NCBI RefSeq assembly: GCF_000143415.4
Contig: NW_003314356.1
Coordinates: forward strand, 434,001 to 498,000
Length of the DNA: 64,000 nucleotides
Source: Selaginella moellendorffii
Taxonomy: Eukaryota; Plantae; Lycopodiophyta
Reading direction: 5' to 3'
Shown here: positions 26,873 to 39,842 of the stretch, in pieces
How the letters are laid out: every line of letters begins with the position of its first letter
How positions within the stretch are numbered: the stretch's first letter is position 1
Notes under the pieces: generated by a model
What the model was told of the DNA's origin: nothing
Seen by the model: the letters and a program-made list of their open reading frames with translations, nothing else
Database searches by the model: none
Made by a program: the position numbers and the translations under genes

Positions 26873-29800
26873 ATGGCCTTCAGGGTTGGGGAAAAGGTTT
26901 ACATTTTGAATGGTGGGAAGAGAGTTGCAAAAGGGACCCTTGTGTCTATGGATCGGAACTTTGTTATACACTGTGAAAGGCTTGGGGAAGGCAATGCTGC
27001 TGTATCAGTAGAGACTGTCTTCGATGGGAATGTGGTCGCTATTGAACGAGGAGAGATGGTCGTCAGGGTAAATGTTGTTGTTGCCTTGAAAAATCTTCAG
27101 AAGAAAGCAGATGTTGGGGACAGCGCAAGTGCGACGAATGTTCCCTCCGTGGATCTTAAGAACCGTGCTACATGGATTTAGGCAAAAGTGTTTCTAAACA
27201 ACCCCGAGGGGGAGGTGGTAGCTGAGGGCTTAGCCACAGTTGTCGATCCAAGAGATGCGGTTGCTAATCAAGAATTGGGCTGGGATGATATTGGAGTTGC
27301 GATTTTAGAGGTTGTTGACACAGAAGAAAACAGTCTGACTATTGGAAGCATTGTGCGGTGGAAATTGAGGCACTTAGTGTTTGAGAATGTGAAGGATTCA
27401 CAATCAAACACCACTACAACTGATGACAGAACATCTCTTCATGGGAAAAGAAAGTACACCTTCCTAAAGCGCAGCCAAAGGGATCTGAGCAACGAACCGA
27501 AAAGGCAGAAAATGGCGATGGAGGTTCGAATGGTCTCGACAGTTGCTTGTTGCAAGAGGAGGTGCTGTCAACATGCTGATTGGGATGCTATTGAAGAGGA
27601 GAGAGCAAGATACAAGACATTGTCCTGGAAGGCAGCTCGCAATTTTGTGTATGAGGCATTACGGTCATCTGTTGATGCTTCAGAACATCAGGTGGGGGGC
27701 ATGGTCTTCCAGAGGGGTTTGGTCTGCATGAAGGCATGGAGAATCATTTATGGAGTCCCTCGAAGCACATTCTACAGAATCAAAACTGAGTTCGAGGAAC
27801 AAAGGGTTCAACAGGCAGTCCATGGGAACGACGGTACGCACAAAACCAGGGGTCATGTTGTATATGGAGAGGCAATCTTCAAGAGGTTTGTCGAGACATG
27901 TAGCGAGCAGCAACCACATAAAACCCGCCTCTTGGAAGATGGAACACGAGACACCCAACGAGTTCTCCCTTCCATGTATACCAAGGGGGCCATATTGGAA
28001 GATGTGAATCGGGAACTCCAGAGTAATGGCTACAGGAAGCTGAGCCAATCTAGATTTAGTAGATTGTGGAGCAACAGGTTCAGGGATGTGAGTATAGGAA
28101 AGTACTCCAGCTTTTCAAAGTGTGACGAGTGCACTGCTATCAAAATGGCTTTGTCGAAGAATTCTTGCAGCGCTCAAGAGCGAGAGACGTTGGTTAGAAG
28201 GCGGCTCAACCACAACATCGAGCAGAGAAGCTGCAGGACTGCATATTATCATAACAGGATTCTCTCCATGGAGAGACCTGACTCTTACCTCTGCATCATC
28301 CACGACAAAATGGACCAGAAAAAGACGTGCTTACCTCGACTCAATCCTGCCCCCAAGGCAATCTCTTCATCCATGCAGCTGCCTGTGTCTCTGTTTGGCA
28401 TAATCGCTCATGGGCATGGTGCCCAGAACTATGGGAACTTCTTTGTACCTCTATGGGGTGGCGGGGGTGCAAACATGATGATTGCGTCCCTAGCAAAACA
28501 CTTAAGGTCTCTGCAAAGTGCGCAGACTGAGCTGAACGGCCAACCCTTGCATAAGGCCCTTGTCGATCGAACCCCATACAGGGTTCAGCTGGAGGAGGAG
28601 CAAAGGCTTGCAGTATCGCGTGGGGCCCCATGCCATCCCAGTGAATATGTTGGCCGTCAGATTGTAGGGTTATCACGTGAGGCCTCATGCCATTCCGACG
28701 AGGCTGGTCGCCCGGTGAATGCACAGCCTCATCCAAACGAAGCAAAATCTCAAGGAAGTTCTTGCGGCCGATGTGGCCTTCCACCCCATCTTCTGCTCCA
28801 AACAGACAATGCTGGCAGTGAGAACAAAAACATGTACGTCTTCGCGTACTTGGCGATGCTTGTTGCCAAAGGCATATTTGAAACGGTTACACTTGGCTTT
28901 CTCATGGTTGGGCACACTCATGAAGACGTCGATGCCATGTTCAGTCACCTGGCAGAGTCCCTCCGGCGATCCAATGTCCTCACCCTCCCACAACTCTACG
29001 ATGAATTCCAAAATTGCATCAAAGGCACTGTTGAAGCTGCACTTCTGACAGAGGTTCCAGACTTTAAGGGGTTTGTAAGAGGCTACATCAGGGATGGATC
29101 CGAAACGCTGATTGGCCACTCCAAGCCTCTTCAGTTTCATTTCAGCATGTGTGACGGTGCTCCAGTGATGAGGTACAAGATGAGAGAATGGGACACAGTG
29201 TGGCTGCCAGTGGACGGCATTGAACTCTTCAAGAGAGATCCCATAACTGGGGAACCTATGATTCCTCAGGGTTCCCCACGGCCGATGCACCCGGATGGAC
29301 TCAAAGACCAGGAAAGTATAGTGGCCGGGATTAGACAGCATATTGCCTTCTGGAAGAGGGGGTTGGTGTTTGGTGGAGAATCCTATTTTCAGAGGTGCAA
29401 GCCTTTGCTCGAATACTGGGAGAAGATTATATCTGCTATCCAAAATGGGCCGGTTGTATATGAAGAATTGGAAGAGTCCTTTTGGCCAGAACCCAGAGCA
29501 CCAGATAGTAGCGGAACAATGTCCTCTGGAAATGCAGTGACAGATAACGATGTTGAGGATCACTATTGTGGGCCGAGGAACAAGAAGCCGGATTCAGCAT
29601 TCAATCCAGTACAGGTCTGCAAAGGAATGGTCGTGCTTGTCAGACCCAGTAATAAAAAACAAATGATATGGGTGGGGCGCTGCATCACTGATGCAGAGGA
29701 GGACGCGGAAACTAACTCCTTCAATGTAACTGTGGAGTGGTTCAAGCCAAGTTCCGGATATACGAAGGATTGCCTAGAAAAGAGATGGGTGCTGAATCCA

Positions 29801-30014
29801 AGGGATCCCAGCATGAGCATATCGGTGGATAATGTTGTGCATGGTTGGATGCGGAAGCAGAGTGCCACCATCACCTTGCCAGACCATGCAAGAGATGCAG
29901 CAAGAGCATTCATAACTCGGGTTCAAGGTGAGATTCATTAATATTCCTTTACAAAGTTTCTAATGTATTTTATTTCAAGGTGAACAATCCGAATCTGAAT
30001 CAGAGGAGGCTTGA
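26873..30014 (+). CDS. Sola-like (DUF7869-type) DDD transposase with one in-frame TAG near the N-terminus
   Basis: CCKRRCC...VCMKAW, FSKCDEC, IIHDKMDQ, LQTDNAGSENKN, FLMVGHTHEDVDAMFS. ORFs 26873-27181 and 27188-29941 share a frame and are separated only by TAG 27179-27181. A probable intron at 29928-29979 gives a last exon EQSESESEEA*. Confidence 0.85.
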
Positions 30015-30522
30015 TATATTGTGTGAGGTAAAACAAAGATGATGTGACATATGCATTTACCCATCACACGTGCATAAATCTAATAATATGGCGTGTGAAA
30101 GTTCAAGGTGAACAAGCCGAATATGAATTCATCGGATTGTTATAACAAATTGCGAGGTGATGGCATGAGGCGATACGCTATTTGAGAGTGGTAGCCATTC
30201 CTATATGAGGTGAGTGAAGTATTTAAGGGATCACAGCATGAGCATATCGGTGGATAATGTTGTGCAGTCTTGGATGCGGAAGCAGAGTGCCACCATCACC
30301 TTGCCAGACCATGCAAGAGAGGCAGCAGGAGCATTCATAACTCGGGTTCAAGGTGAGATTCATTAATATTCCTTTACAAAGTTTCTATCGTATTTTATTT
30401 CAAGGTGAACAATCCGAATCTGAATCAGAGGAGGCTTGATATAGTGTGTGAGGTAAAACAAAGATGATGTGACATATGCATTTACCAATCACACGTGCAT
30501 AAATCTAATAATATGGCGTGTG
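29810..30522 (+). repeat. Direct duplication (~285 bp) of the transposase 3' end
   Basis: ~29810-30097 is repeated at ~30235-30522. The duplication is absent from copy 2, which has different sequence at ~34500-34920. Confidence 0.85.
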
Positions 30523-33500
30523 GCCCATATTAATGGCACATAAACCCATATTGTGGGCTTACGTGCTTTATGTACCATCATTCCCTTGCAGCGTGTGTGT
30601 TGGTTTCCTTTTATAACACAACGAACTCCATATTTTAGGGTGAAGAGCGTTCTCATGGCAAGCACAAAATCTGTAAGTGAGGCAGAAAAGGAGACGGAGA
30701 AGGAGATAGGTGAAGATGTAGAATATATAAGTCTTCCAAACTCCCCGTACTATACTCCAGGTGATCATTTTTCTAAACAAACGGCAACATTAACAACTAT
30801 CGAGAACGCCCCAGTAACGTCAGAGACAACAATCCAAAGCAAAACAACTGACCTGGAGAAGGATGATAGTACCGCTGAGAGTACCAAAAAGGAGGTGTCC
30901 ACTAGCGCTTAGGCTTATAATGGCGTGTGCCCTCATGCCATTTACTTGATCACCAAATACCTTTTTCCCTTTGCACTAGTATATCTTAATACCGGTTTGA
31001 GAAATAGAATGGCATGTGCCCTCAGGCCTTTTACTAAATCACCTTTGAAAGAAATGCAAGCCTCTATGTCGTAAAAAAAAGGTACTAGAGAAATTCCTTA
31101 ATAATATGAATGTTATTTAGTTTCATGAAAATACACTAAGGGTCAAATGAGTTAAATGACTTCTCCAGACTAGCAATGCCTCTTGCTACACCTTCACAAT
31201 TAGATTCGTTAGAAAAAGATAACATTGAATAATATCTAAATGTTCTCACCATTAAGTTATATGTCTGGCTAATAGGAATGATGTTCATCTTGGAAAGCTC
31301 ACCACACGCTCAATGAACAAACAAATAGTGTGTGCGCGCATGCCATCGCTCTTCTTTAGCTTCAGATTCGGCTTGTTCACCTTGACAATGAGATTTATTA
31401 TACAACTAGATGGACTCAGTCTGGACATAAGGTCACCGCGCTAGTCACCATGCCCCAGATATGTCTAGCCCCTGGACAAAAAACATATAATTTCACGTCA
31501 TTTTCAAATACTTGAAAATTTGTACCTAGTCCCATTTTACTGAATAAATCCCACTTTAACGAAATAGAGCTTTAGTTGGCATGAATGATTGTTTGTTGGT
31601 TTTACCACATTTATTCTATTTTGTTGATTATTATTTAAGTTAGTTCTGATAGGTTGGGATGTTATTTCCTTCGGGTAATACATTCACAAGTATTGTGCTT
31701 GTCAGTCAATAATACTTTGTGTTCTTTGAGTTCTCTTTCGTAAGTTGTTTGGCATTCTGTCTGCAATCTTCAGTAGTTCAGTTTTATCATTGAGTTTACT
31801 TGATTATATACTTGTTATTGAATTTTGTTGGATGGTGAAGCCTATGTTTTCCAACTATGAATACTAGTTTATCGGATGATAACTTATTTGGCATACTTTT
31901 GTGTTCTAATCTAAGATATATTCACTGATAATTAAGTCTCTTAAGATATCATTGTCTATGACTTTGATATTGTCCATCTATTGATCTTTGAGTTTAGGCC
32001 AGTATAGGCAGACTAGCTTCAGCACTTCATGTGCATGCTGAAATCTCTAGTCATAGCATAGCTACTACCGACTAGTCACATAACTCGCCTCTTTGTTCAT
32101 GTTCCTTATTCTGTTGAAAGGGCGTGACCGTGTAAACAACTCTAACTACCTGTTTACAGTAGTCTATCTAAACCTTACCGACGGGTTTGATTTCTTTGCT
32201 CATGAGGGTTGGGGCCTTTGACTTCTCTCTCTATGTTCCTGCAGCCAGGGGCGTATCACACTTTTGTAATCTGGGTGACTAACAGAGCAGCAAGGGTGGC
32301 TGACTCAGTTGGTCATTTCCTTGTCGGCGACGGCCGAAAGGTGTCTAAGCTGGTAGTGCATCCGCGTTAGACAAAGAGGTTGCCTCCTAACTCATTTAAG
32401 TTGGTGCATTTCTCACATAGTGTGAGTACAGTGAACTTTTTCTGGAGTTGTTTCCTTGGCGGTATTCTAGACTCGAGTATGCATCGACGAGGATGTTGAT
32501 CTTCCCTAGGGGGGAAGAGTGTCGCGAATATGACTTTGGGTATCGAAAGTTACTTGTCGGCTAGTCCTTTCGGATATTCTTTCCTTACTGCCATGATGGC
32601 AGGAGGTCGGTATTGCTGGACCTGTTATCAATTTCCCACTTGAGCTAGTTGAGAAACTGGTCAATGACCGTGTACTTAGATCGGTTAAACATAAGGTAGG
32701 AACCCTATGTGTTTCTTGTTGAGCATACTCGCCTTGGTTTGAGAAACTCCTGTCATTGGCTTGCACTTGCTAGTATCAAGAACCCTCATGATATTGAGAT
32801 TGGTCCCTCAATATTCGCTAAATGATAGCTTACCGTGTCTGCCAAACACCCTCGCTATCATGCCCTTTGTGTTAGTCTCATTTCGGTCCCAAATGCTATT
32901 TATAGAAAATGTCCAGATCTACTCATTTGGCATATCTATGGAATGTAAAGATTCGCCTGAACACAATGGTGTTCATCCCGTGTCCAAATTCGCAATCTAG
33001 TGCCATTCCATATTTAGTAAGTTTCGAACTTGTCCCAAAGACTAACTCCTGATACTAAGGGAGACTTGGGGTGAAAGCCCAAAGCATGTGTTCCTCAAGG
33101 GGGGGGGCTTGTGGGGGGTTCCAAATGTATAGTAGGGATAGTGGGTAGGTCGGGCATAGCTGACCAACCTAAGGCATAGTCTAGCTCCCGCTTGCGTGCC
33201 TGTCCTTGTTCTATATCTGGCTTGGGTCTAAGCCCAAGTTCCATTCCATGCCAGTTGGTGGATTACCCATGTCCTCGCGTTAGGCCACTGGTATGCCGAA
33301 ATAGCGCCAAACTCCGTTTGGCTCCGTTTTGCGTGCGGTCCTAGCAAAAGGATGCTAGATGCTCTAATGCTCTATTTCGTTAAAGTGGGATTTATTCAGT
33401 AAAATGGGACTAGGTACAAATTTTCAAGTATTTGAAAATGACGTGAAATTATATGTTTTTTGTCCAGGGGCTAGACATATCTGGGGCATGGTGACTAGCG

Positions 33501-34995
33501 CGGTGACCTTATGTCCAGACTGAGTCCATCTAGTTGTATAATAAATCTCATTGTCAAGGTGAACAAGCCGAATCTGAAGCTAAAGAAGAGCGATGGCATG
33601 CGCGCACACACTATTTGTTTATTCATTGAGCGTGTGGTGAGCTTTCCAAGATGAACATCATTCCTATTAGCCAGACATATAACTTAATGGTGAGAACATT
33701 TAGATATTATTCAATGTTATCTTTTTCTAACGAATCTAATTGTGAAGGTGTAGCAAGAGGCATTGCTAGTCTGGAGAAGTCATTTAACTCATTTGACCTT
33801 TAGTGTATTTTCATGAAACTAAATAACATTCATATTATTAAGGAATTTCTCTAGTACCTTTTTTTTACGACATAGAGGCTTGCATTTCTTTCAAAGGTGA
33901 TTTAGTAAAAGGCCTGAGGGCACATGCCATTCTATTTCTCAGACCGGTATTAAAATATACTAGTGCAAAGGGAAAAAGGTATTTGGTGATCAAGTAAATG
34001 GCATGAGGGCACACGCCATTATAAGCCTAAGCGCTAGTGGACACCTCCTTTTTGGTACTCTCAGCGGTACTATCATCCTTCTCCGGGTCAGTTGTTTTGC
34101 TTTGGATTGTTGTCTTTGACGTTACTGGGGCGTTCTCGATAGTTGTTAATGTTGCCGTTTGTTTAGAAAAATGATCACCTGGAGTATAGTACGGGGAGTT
34201 TGGAAGACTTATATATTCTACATCTTCACCTATCTCCTTCTCCGTCTCCTTTTCTGCCTCACTTACAGATTTTGTGCTTGCCATGAGAACGCTCTTCACC
34301 CTAAAATATGGAGTTCGTTGTGTTATAAAAGGAAACCAACACACACGCTGCAAGGGAATGATGGTACATAAAGCACGTAAGCCCACAATATGGGTTTATG
34401 TGCCATTAATATGGGCCACACGCCATATTATTAGATTTATGCACGTGTGATTGGTAAATGCATATGTCACATCATCTTTGTTTTACCTCACACACTATAT
34501 CAGGCCTAATGAACCATATCACATGTGCGCACATGCTATATATATGGAGAAGTATTATGCAAGGATAGAAATTCAATGCATGATTGTGGAGAGCAATGGC
34601 ATGAAGCCACATGCTAAATAACATTTTAGAGAAAGAATTAAAATAAAAACATGCAAACAGTACTAAGTGGACCAAGACTTAGAAGTGCACAATTGAATGA
34701 GGTATTTCTAATAAATACTTCACTCACCTCATATAGGAATGGCTACCACTCTCAAATGGCGTATCGCCTCATGCCATCACCTCACAATTTGTTATAACAA
34801 TCCGATGAATTCATATTCGGCTTGTTCACCTTGAACTTTAAGTAAGATTTGCTAGAACAACTAAGAATTTATACTTGTTATTTGTATCATCTCACCTAGG
34901 AATGGCGTAAGGCCACATGCCATCACGCCTCCTCTGATTCAGATTCGGATTGTTCACCTTGAAATAAAATACATTAGAAACTTAGTAAAGGAATA

Positions 34996-35298
34996 TTAAT
35001 GAATCTCACCTTGAACCCGGGTTATGAATGCTCTTGCTGCATCTCTTGCATGGTCTGGCAAGGTGATGGTGGCACTCTGCTTCCGCATCCAACCATGCAC
35101 AACATTATCCACCGATATGCTCATGCTGGGATCCCTTGGATTTAGCACCCATCTCTTTTCTAGGCAATCGTTCGTATATCCGGAACTTGGCTTGAACCAC
35201 TCCACAGTTACATTGAAGGAGTTAGTTTCCGCGTCCTCCTCTGCATCAGTGATGCAGCGCCCCACCCATATCATTTGTTTTTTATTACTGGGTCTGAC
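34996..35298 (-). pseudogene. C-terminal remnant of the transposase
   Basis: VRPSNKKQMIWVGRC...RVQGEIH, near-identical to 29639-29941. Confidence 0.9.
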
Positions 35299-38200
35299 CA
35301 CTTGCACCAAAGGGTTCAAGTTAGATATGCCGAGCTTTCACACTAAGCAATCTAACCGTGCATCACGACTCCGAGGCATCCCTCGCTTGGCGGTGTGCCC
35401 AAACCAGTCTCCCCACTGAGAGTCCATGACCACCGAAATATGAGTGTCCTCATATTCCAAACCATCACCACGCCCTAGTGATTTGGGACTCGAACCCAAG
35501 CACTAGAGGGTCGGGACTCGAACCCAACCTCCGTATATGCATCTACGGACGGCATCACACAAGATGCCTGGCGTGACTCCCCACGCCGGTGCACCAACTT
35601 ATTTTTAAAGCGCGCTACAGATCACAGCTTAGGAACCTAGTTCCCCCACACTGCCAAGTCCTCTCACTTGACATATCTGTGATCATGCATGGACTCCTCC
35701 ATGCTTGGCCCCATGGGCCCACCCTTTTTGAAGTTATCACCTTCAACTAGGGTACTTGTTCCCCTGACTTGCCAATCTCACTTAGCAAGTCATCCGGCCA
35801 CCGTAACATGGTTCATGCATAAGCGTGGAAGTCCTTAACCATCAACTTTCGTTCAAAGCCCTCTCTTTGAACACTCGGGAACTACTTCCCTAACCTTGAC
35901 AGCCTTGCCTCATGGCAAGCTTCAAGACCACGCTTCTGCTGCACCACTCTGATTTCGCGCGTTCTATGAACCATTTACACTTGGCCTTTCTAGGTACTAA
36001 GCTACCTAGAATCGTCTTTGGGAACCTTGAAGGAACTCTGTCCCTTAGCTTGCTAAGGCCTCCCTTTTTGCAAGCTTTCCAATTGCCACATAGTCTAACA
36101 TGAACAATTCCATATTTTAGACTCTCCATGGCATCACGGTTGCTAGCGGCAACACCCTCGAGCCCCCACTTGATTCTCCACTCCCAGCTGGCATAACCAA
36201 CCTTGGTTATGCCCTTCGATTTCTATGGTTCAGTTCCATCCCAATACTACTTGCCTTTTGGCCCCATATGTTTCCTTTGGTTATTTTCCTCTAGACTAGG
36301 AGGATAGCTTTGCACTTTCTATCATGCCTTAGCAAGTATTCTTAGGGATGAACCTACCCAATAGCCCAGGGAGTGGTTCCTCAATCCGGGTATGCTCACC
36401 TTATAATCCCACACACTGGGATTACATTGTTGCTTATGGGCCTTTCCATGCCCATCACTAGCCTTGCCAAAATTCCATTTTTGGCTTTGTCCAACTCGGG
36501 TAGACAGTCCTCTCCTGTCTCCGCAACCTTGGACATTAGGATAGCACCTTCTATCCATCATTCGCTAGGGACTTAGTCCCTTGGGCTTTATCCATTGCCC
36601 TCGCGACATCAAACACCACCTTCTGGTGTTCTAGAGTGTTCGGGTGTCCCAATGATGGCTTTCTTGACAATGAGTATTTCCTTTTATGACATTGACTTAC
36701 TATATCGCAACACAAGCAACTTATCCCCCGTAAGGGTGTATCCGACTTCCCTATGCTATTAAGAAGTCTTGGGTAGCTACTTTCTACCCGTTCAACCAGT
36801 TATTTTGCACCTCTTGCTTAGTTGCCTCATAGTTGTCAAGTCCTACAACTCATTGTTTGGTGCTTTCACACCTCCATCATTATCTAGGTCACCACACTCC
36901 AACTGCATGCTCTGCAGGTTAGGCTATGCCATTCCCATTTCCATTGGGATTCCTTTGGCAAGGGGTTCTCATGAACCCACCAACATAGCCTCAAGGTATC
37001 ACACCTTGGCACATTTGGTGTCTCCACACCATCGGCTCCACGAGCCTACCTCTATGACACTTCCCCTTCGTGTTTATGTCTTTGCCAAGGCCAACACCGC
37101 TCTTTCTCATGCCAACCATCCGTTAGCACTGCACCATAGAGGTCACACACAACTTTGCGTCAAAGTTGTTTTCTTTTTGGGAACACCTTTCCCACGACTT
37201 TAGCATGGCACATTTTGCCATCGATGAGATACCCTCTATTCTCATCCTTGGATCCTATGATCCCCCCCCCATCCTTCGTGGGGTACAACACACCTCAGTC
37301 CAAATGCTTCCATCAGTCCTTTTAGGACCATTCCTTGACTCTACTTGAGTCATCCAGCAGTTTTGGACTTGGTTAATCCACAGACCCGTAAGGTCCTCTT
37401 TGTGAGGCACTAGCTCACTGGAATACACTTCTTGCATTCCTGTCCTACTCAAAAGGACTATTTTCACAAATGTTACTCTGACACTTGATTTTGTTCTCTG
37501 GGGGCAACCTTTGCCCTTTAGGACTACTTGTCCATGTGATGAGAATACCAACTCATCCACTTAATACACCCCCAATTCCTTGGGTTGTTCCAGCATTTAT
37601 TAGAGGTAGCCCCGGCTACCATTTCGAGGACTCGTGTCCTCATCCATACTTGACCTCTCACGGTCATCCATTCCAGTCTCACCTTCATGAGCACCAGCCT
37701 CAGCCATGTGAGGATAAACTTGTGACTCCTTTATTGTTTTTTGGAGTCTCTATCTTCCCCGTGATCCCAACAATAGTTGTTTACCCCAACTACATTAGCC
37801 CGTTTGCTGAGTCAAACGCTCATCTGGATCACCTCCTCAACTCAATCAGGAAAACCTTGCACTGTTCCCAAGATCCCAAAGTCGTTCCATTATTGGCCCC
37901 TTTTTTATCCACCATCTTGTCTACAAGTTCACACATGAACTGTAATGGAGAGCCATGTCTTCCCGACCTGCTACTCCTCAAGGATAGGCCCACTTCTCGG
38001 ACCTTCCGTTGCCAACACCAGTGGTGATATACTTGAGCACCAATAAAAGTCGGACTAAGGAACAGCTCCGATACCAAATTGTAAGCGACTAAATTTTCCA
38101 TTCTACTTTAGTCACTTAACCACACCTCTGACCACTTGGAGGAGTCTCATTCACAACCTCCATAAGTCCAATCCAGGACTTGGGACTTGCTAGCCCCGAG

Positions 38201-39194
38201 AATGGCATCCATGCCACTCAACATTTGCACTTGGTCCAAGTGCTCCACGTGTCCGATCTTATGATCGACACTCAAAGGTACCACCGACATAGCAGCCCGT
38301 TACGCTAAGGCCATGCCCAATCACCTTTGCCACACTGGTAGTCCAATACCACTTACATCACCGTCTTGGCTCTCCAAGACTAGGCAAACCATCCGTGAGT
38401 GGTCATCTCAGATCCACTCCTTAGCATCCTTAGGATGCCCACCGACAAGGGGAATAGCCTTCCCCAATATCCCTCTGTCAGTCCCCACTAAGTCCCTTCC
38501 TGCCCCTGGCCGTGTTTGCCAACACTGCCACTGGATCGAGACCCACAGGCCCGACCACTAAGTCCCACGGCCCTTTGGGACTTCCTCACCACACGACTGT
38601 GTCCTTGGTCACTACCCCAGAGGACTGCTCCTCTTCCTTTCCACAGTCTGGGCCTTTGGGACAATATTTCGGAACACCGTGGCCTTACGCGAGCCACCTG
38701 GGTACTCTCCTTGCCTTCTGTCCTTGGGTGCTCTAGCCATGGGCTTAGAGCGAGGTTCCGTTGAGCCACGACAGGTATCCAAGTAGGTAGTACCACCCAC
38801 ACTTGGACTGGGAGCATCGGCCAGTCGATCTCCCGGGGGAACTAGAGCTGGCTCTTGAACACTTCACCAAGCTACCCCGCTTGTCGGTCTGTGTTCACTC
38901 TAGTCTTAGACTTCCCAGTGGGCAGCTCATCACCCAACACTGGGTCCGGCCTTCCTGGGCCAAACTGGCCTTTCCTGGCCAAACTAGCTCCACTGCAGTC
39001 CTCCCCCTACTATACTTTTGGAGCTCACCAAACCCCCCAGGGTCTGGGAGACGAACGCTTTGGGCTTTCACCCTCTCAGGCTTCGGACTCGGACTCGGAC
39101 TCGGACTCGGACTCGGACTCGGACTCGGATTCGGACTCGGACTCGGACTCGGGCTCGGTCTCGGCCTCGGCCTCGGTCTCGGTCTCGGTCCCGA

Positions 39195-39238
<44 letters not shown>

Positions 39239-39842
39239 CCGGTCTCGGTCTCGACTTCGGACTCCATCTCGGACTCCATCTCGGACTCCATCTCGGGTCC
39301 ATCTCGGACTCCATCTCGGACTCCATCTCGGGTCCATCTCAGACTCCATCTCGGACTCCATTTCGGGTCCATCTCGGGTCCACCTCGGACTCCATCTCGG
39401 ACTCCATCTCGGACTCCATCTCGGGTCCATCTTGGGTCCATCTCGGACTCCATCTCGGACTCCATCTCGGGTCCATCTCGGACTCCATCTCGGACTCCAT
39501 TTCGGGTCCATCTCGGGTCCACCTCGGACTCCATCTCGGACTCCATCTCGGACTCCATCTCGGGTCCATCTCGGACTCCACTTCGGACTCCAACTCGAGT
39601 CCATCTCGGACACTCCCACGTGTCATGTGTTGGTCCTTTTGGGTCCCTTTTTGGAGCCTCGCCTTTTGCTCACTTCGTGCTCGTTCCTCGAGCACTTTGT
39701 TGGGTGTTCCACTCCCGCTCTTGACTTTTCAAGTCGGAGCTTTTGGTCCAAACGTGTTACGCTCGTTTGGCTCTCGCTTCAGCCACTACCATGTGGCGCC
39801 CTTCTGGCTCCACTTTGGGGCCTAGGGATTTTGTGTCTCACA
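35299..39842 (-). mobile_element. Truncated family-A LTR element (5' LTR, PBS, decayed gag; RT, RNase H and integrase missing)
   Basis: LTR 38080-39842 (TGTGAGAC...GCTTACA on the minus strand); PBS TGGTATCGGAGC 38065-38076; no 3' LTR and no TSD. It replaces the equivalent of copy-1 bases ~26016-29638. Confidence 0.85.
39083..39610. repeat. GGACTC/GGTCTC hexamer and GGACTCCATCTC 12-mer array inside LTR-A
   Basis: Directly visible tandem array. Confidence 0.95.

Larger units (their letters stand above)
17907..31572 (+). mobile_element. Sola-like TIR DNA transposon, copy 1 (13,666 bp; strand given is that of the transposase)
   Basis: Perfect 24-bp TIR AAGCTCTATTTCGTTAAAGTGGGA (17907-17930, 31549-31572). 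4-bp TSD TAGT (17903-17906, 31573-31576). A paralogous empty site with a single TAGT lies on the minus strand at ~58940-58975. Confidence 0.92.

Noticed and set aside
28685-29563. 292-aa antisense ORF and the other antisense ORFs over the transposase, cargo and pol genes
   Set aside because: No recognisable motifs; they are shadows of the coding strand.
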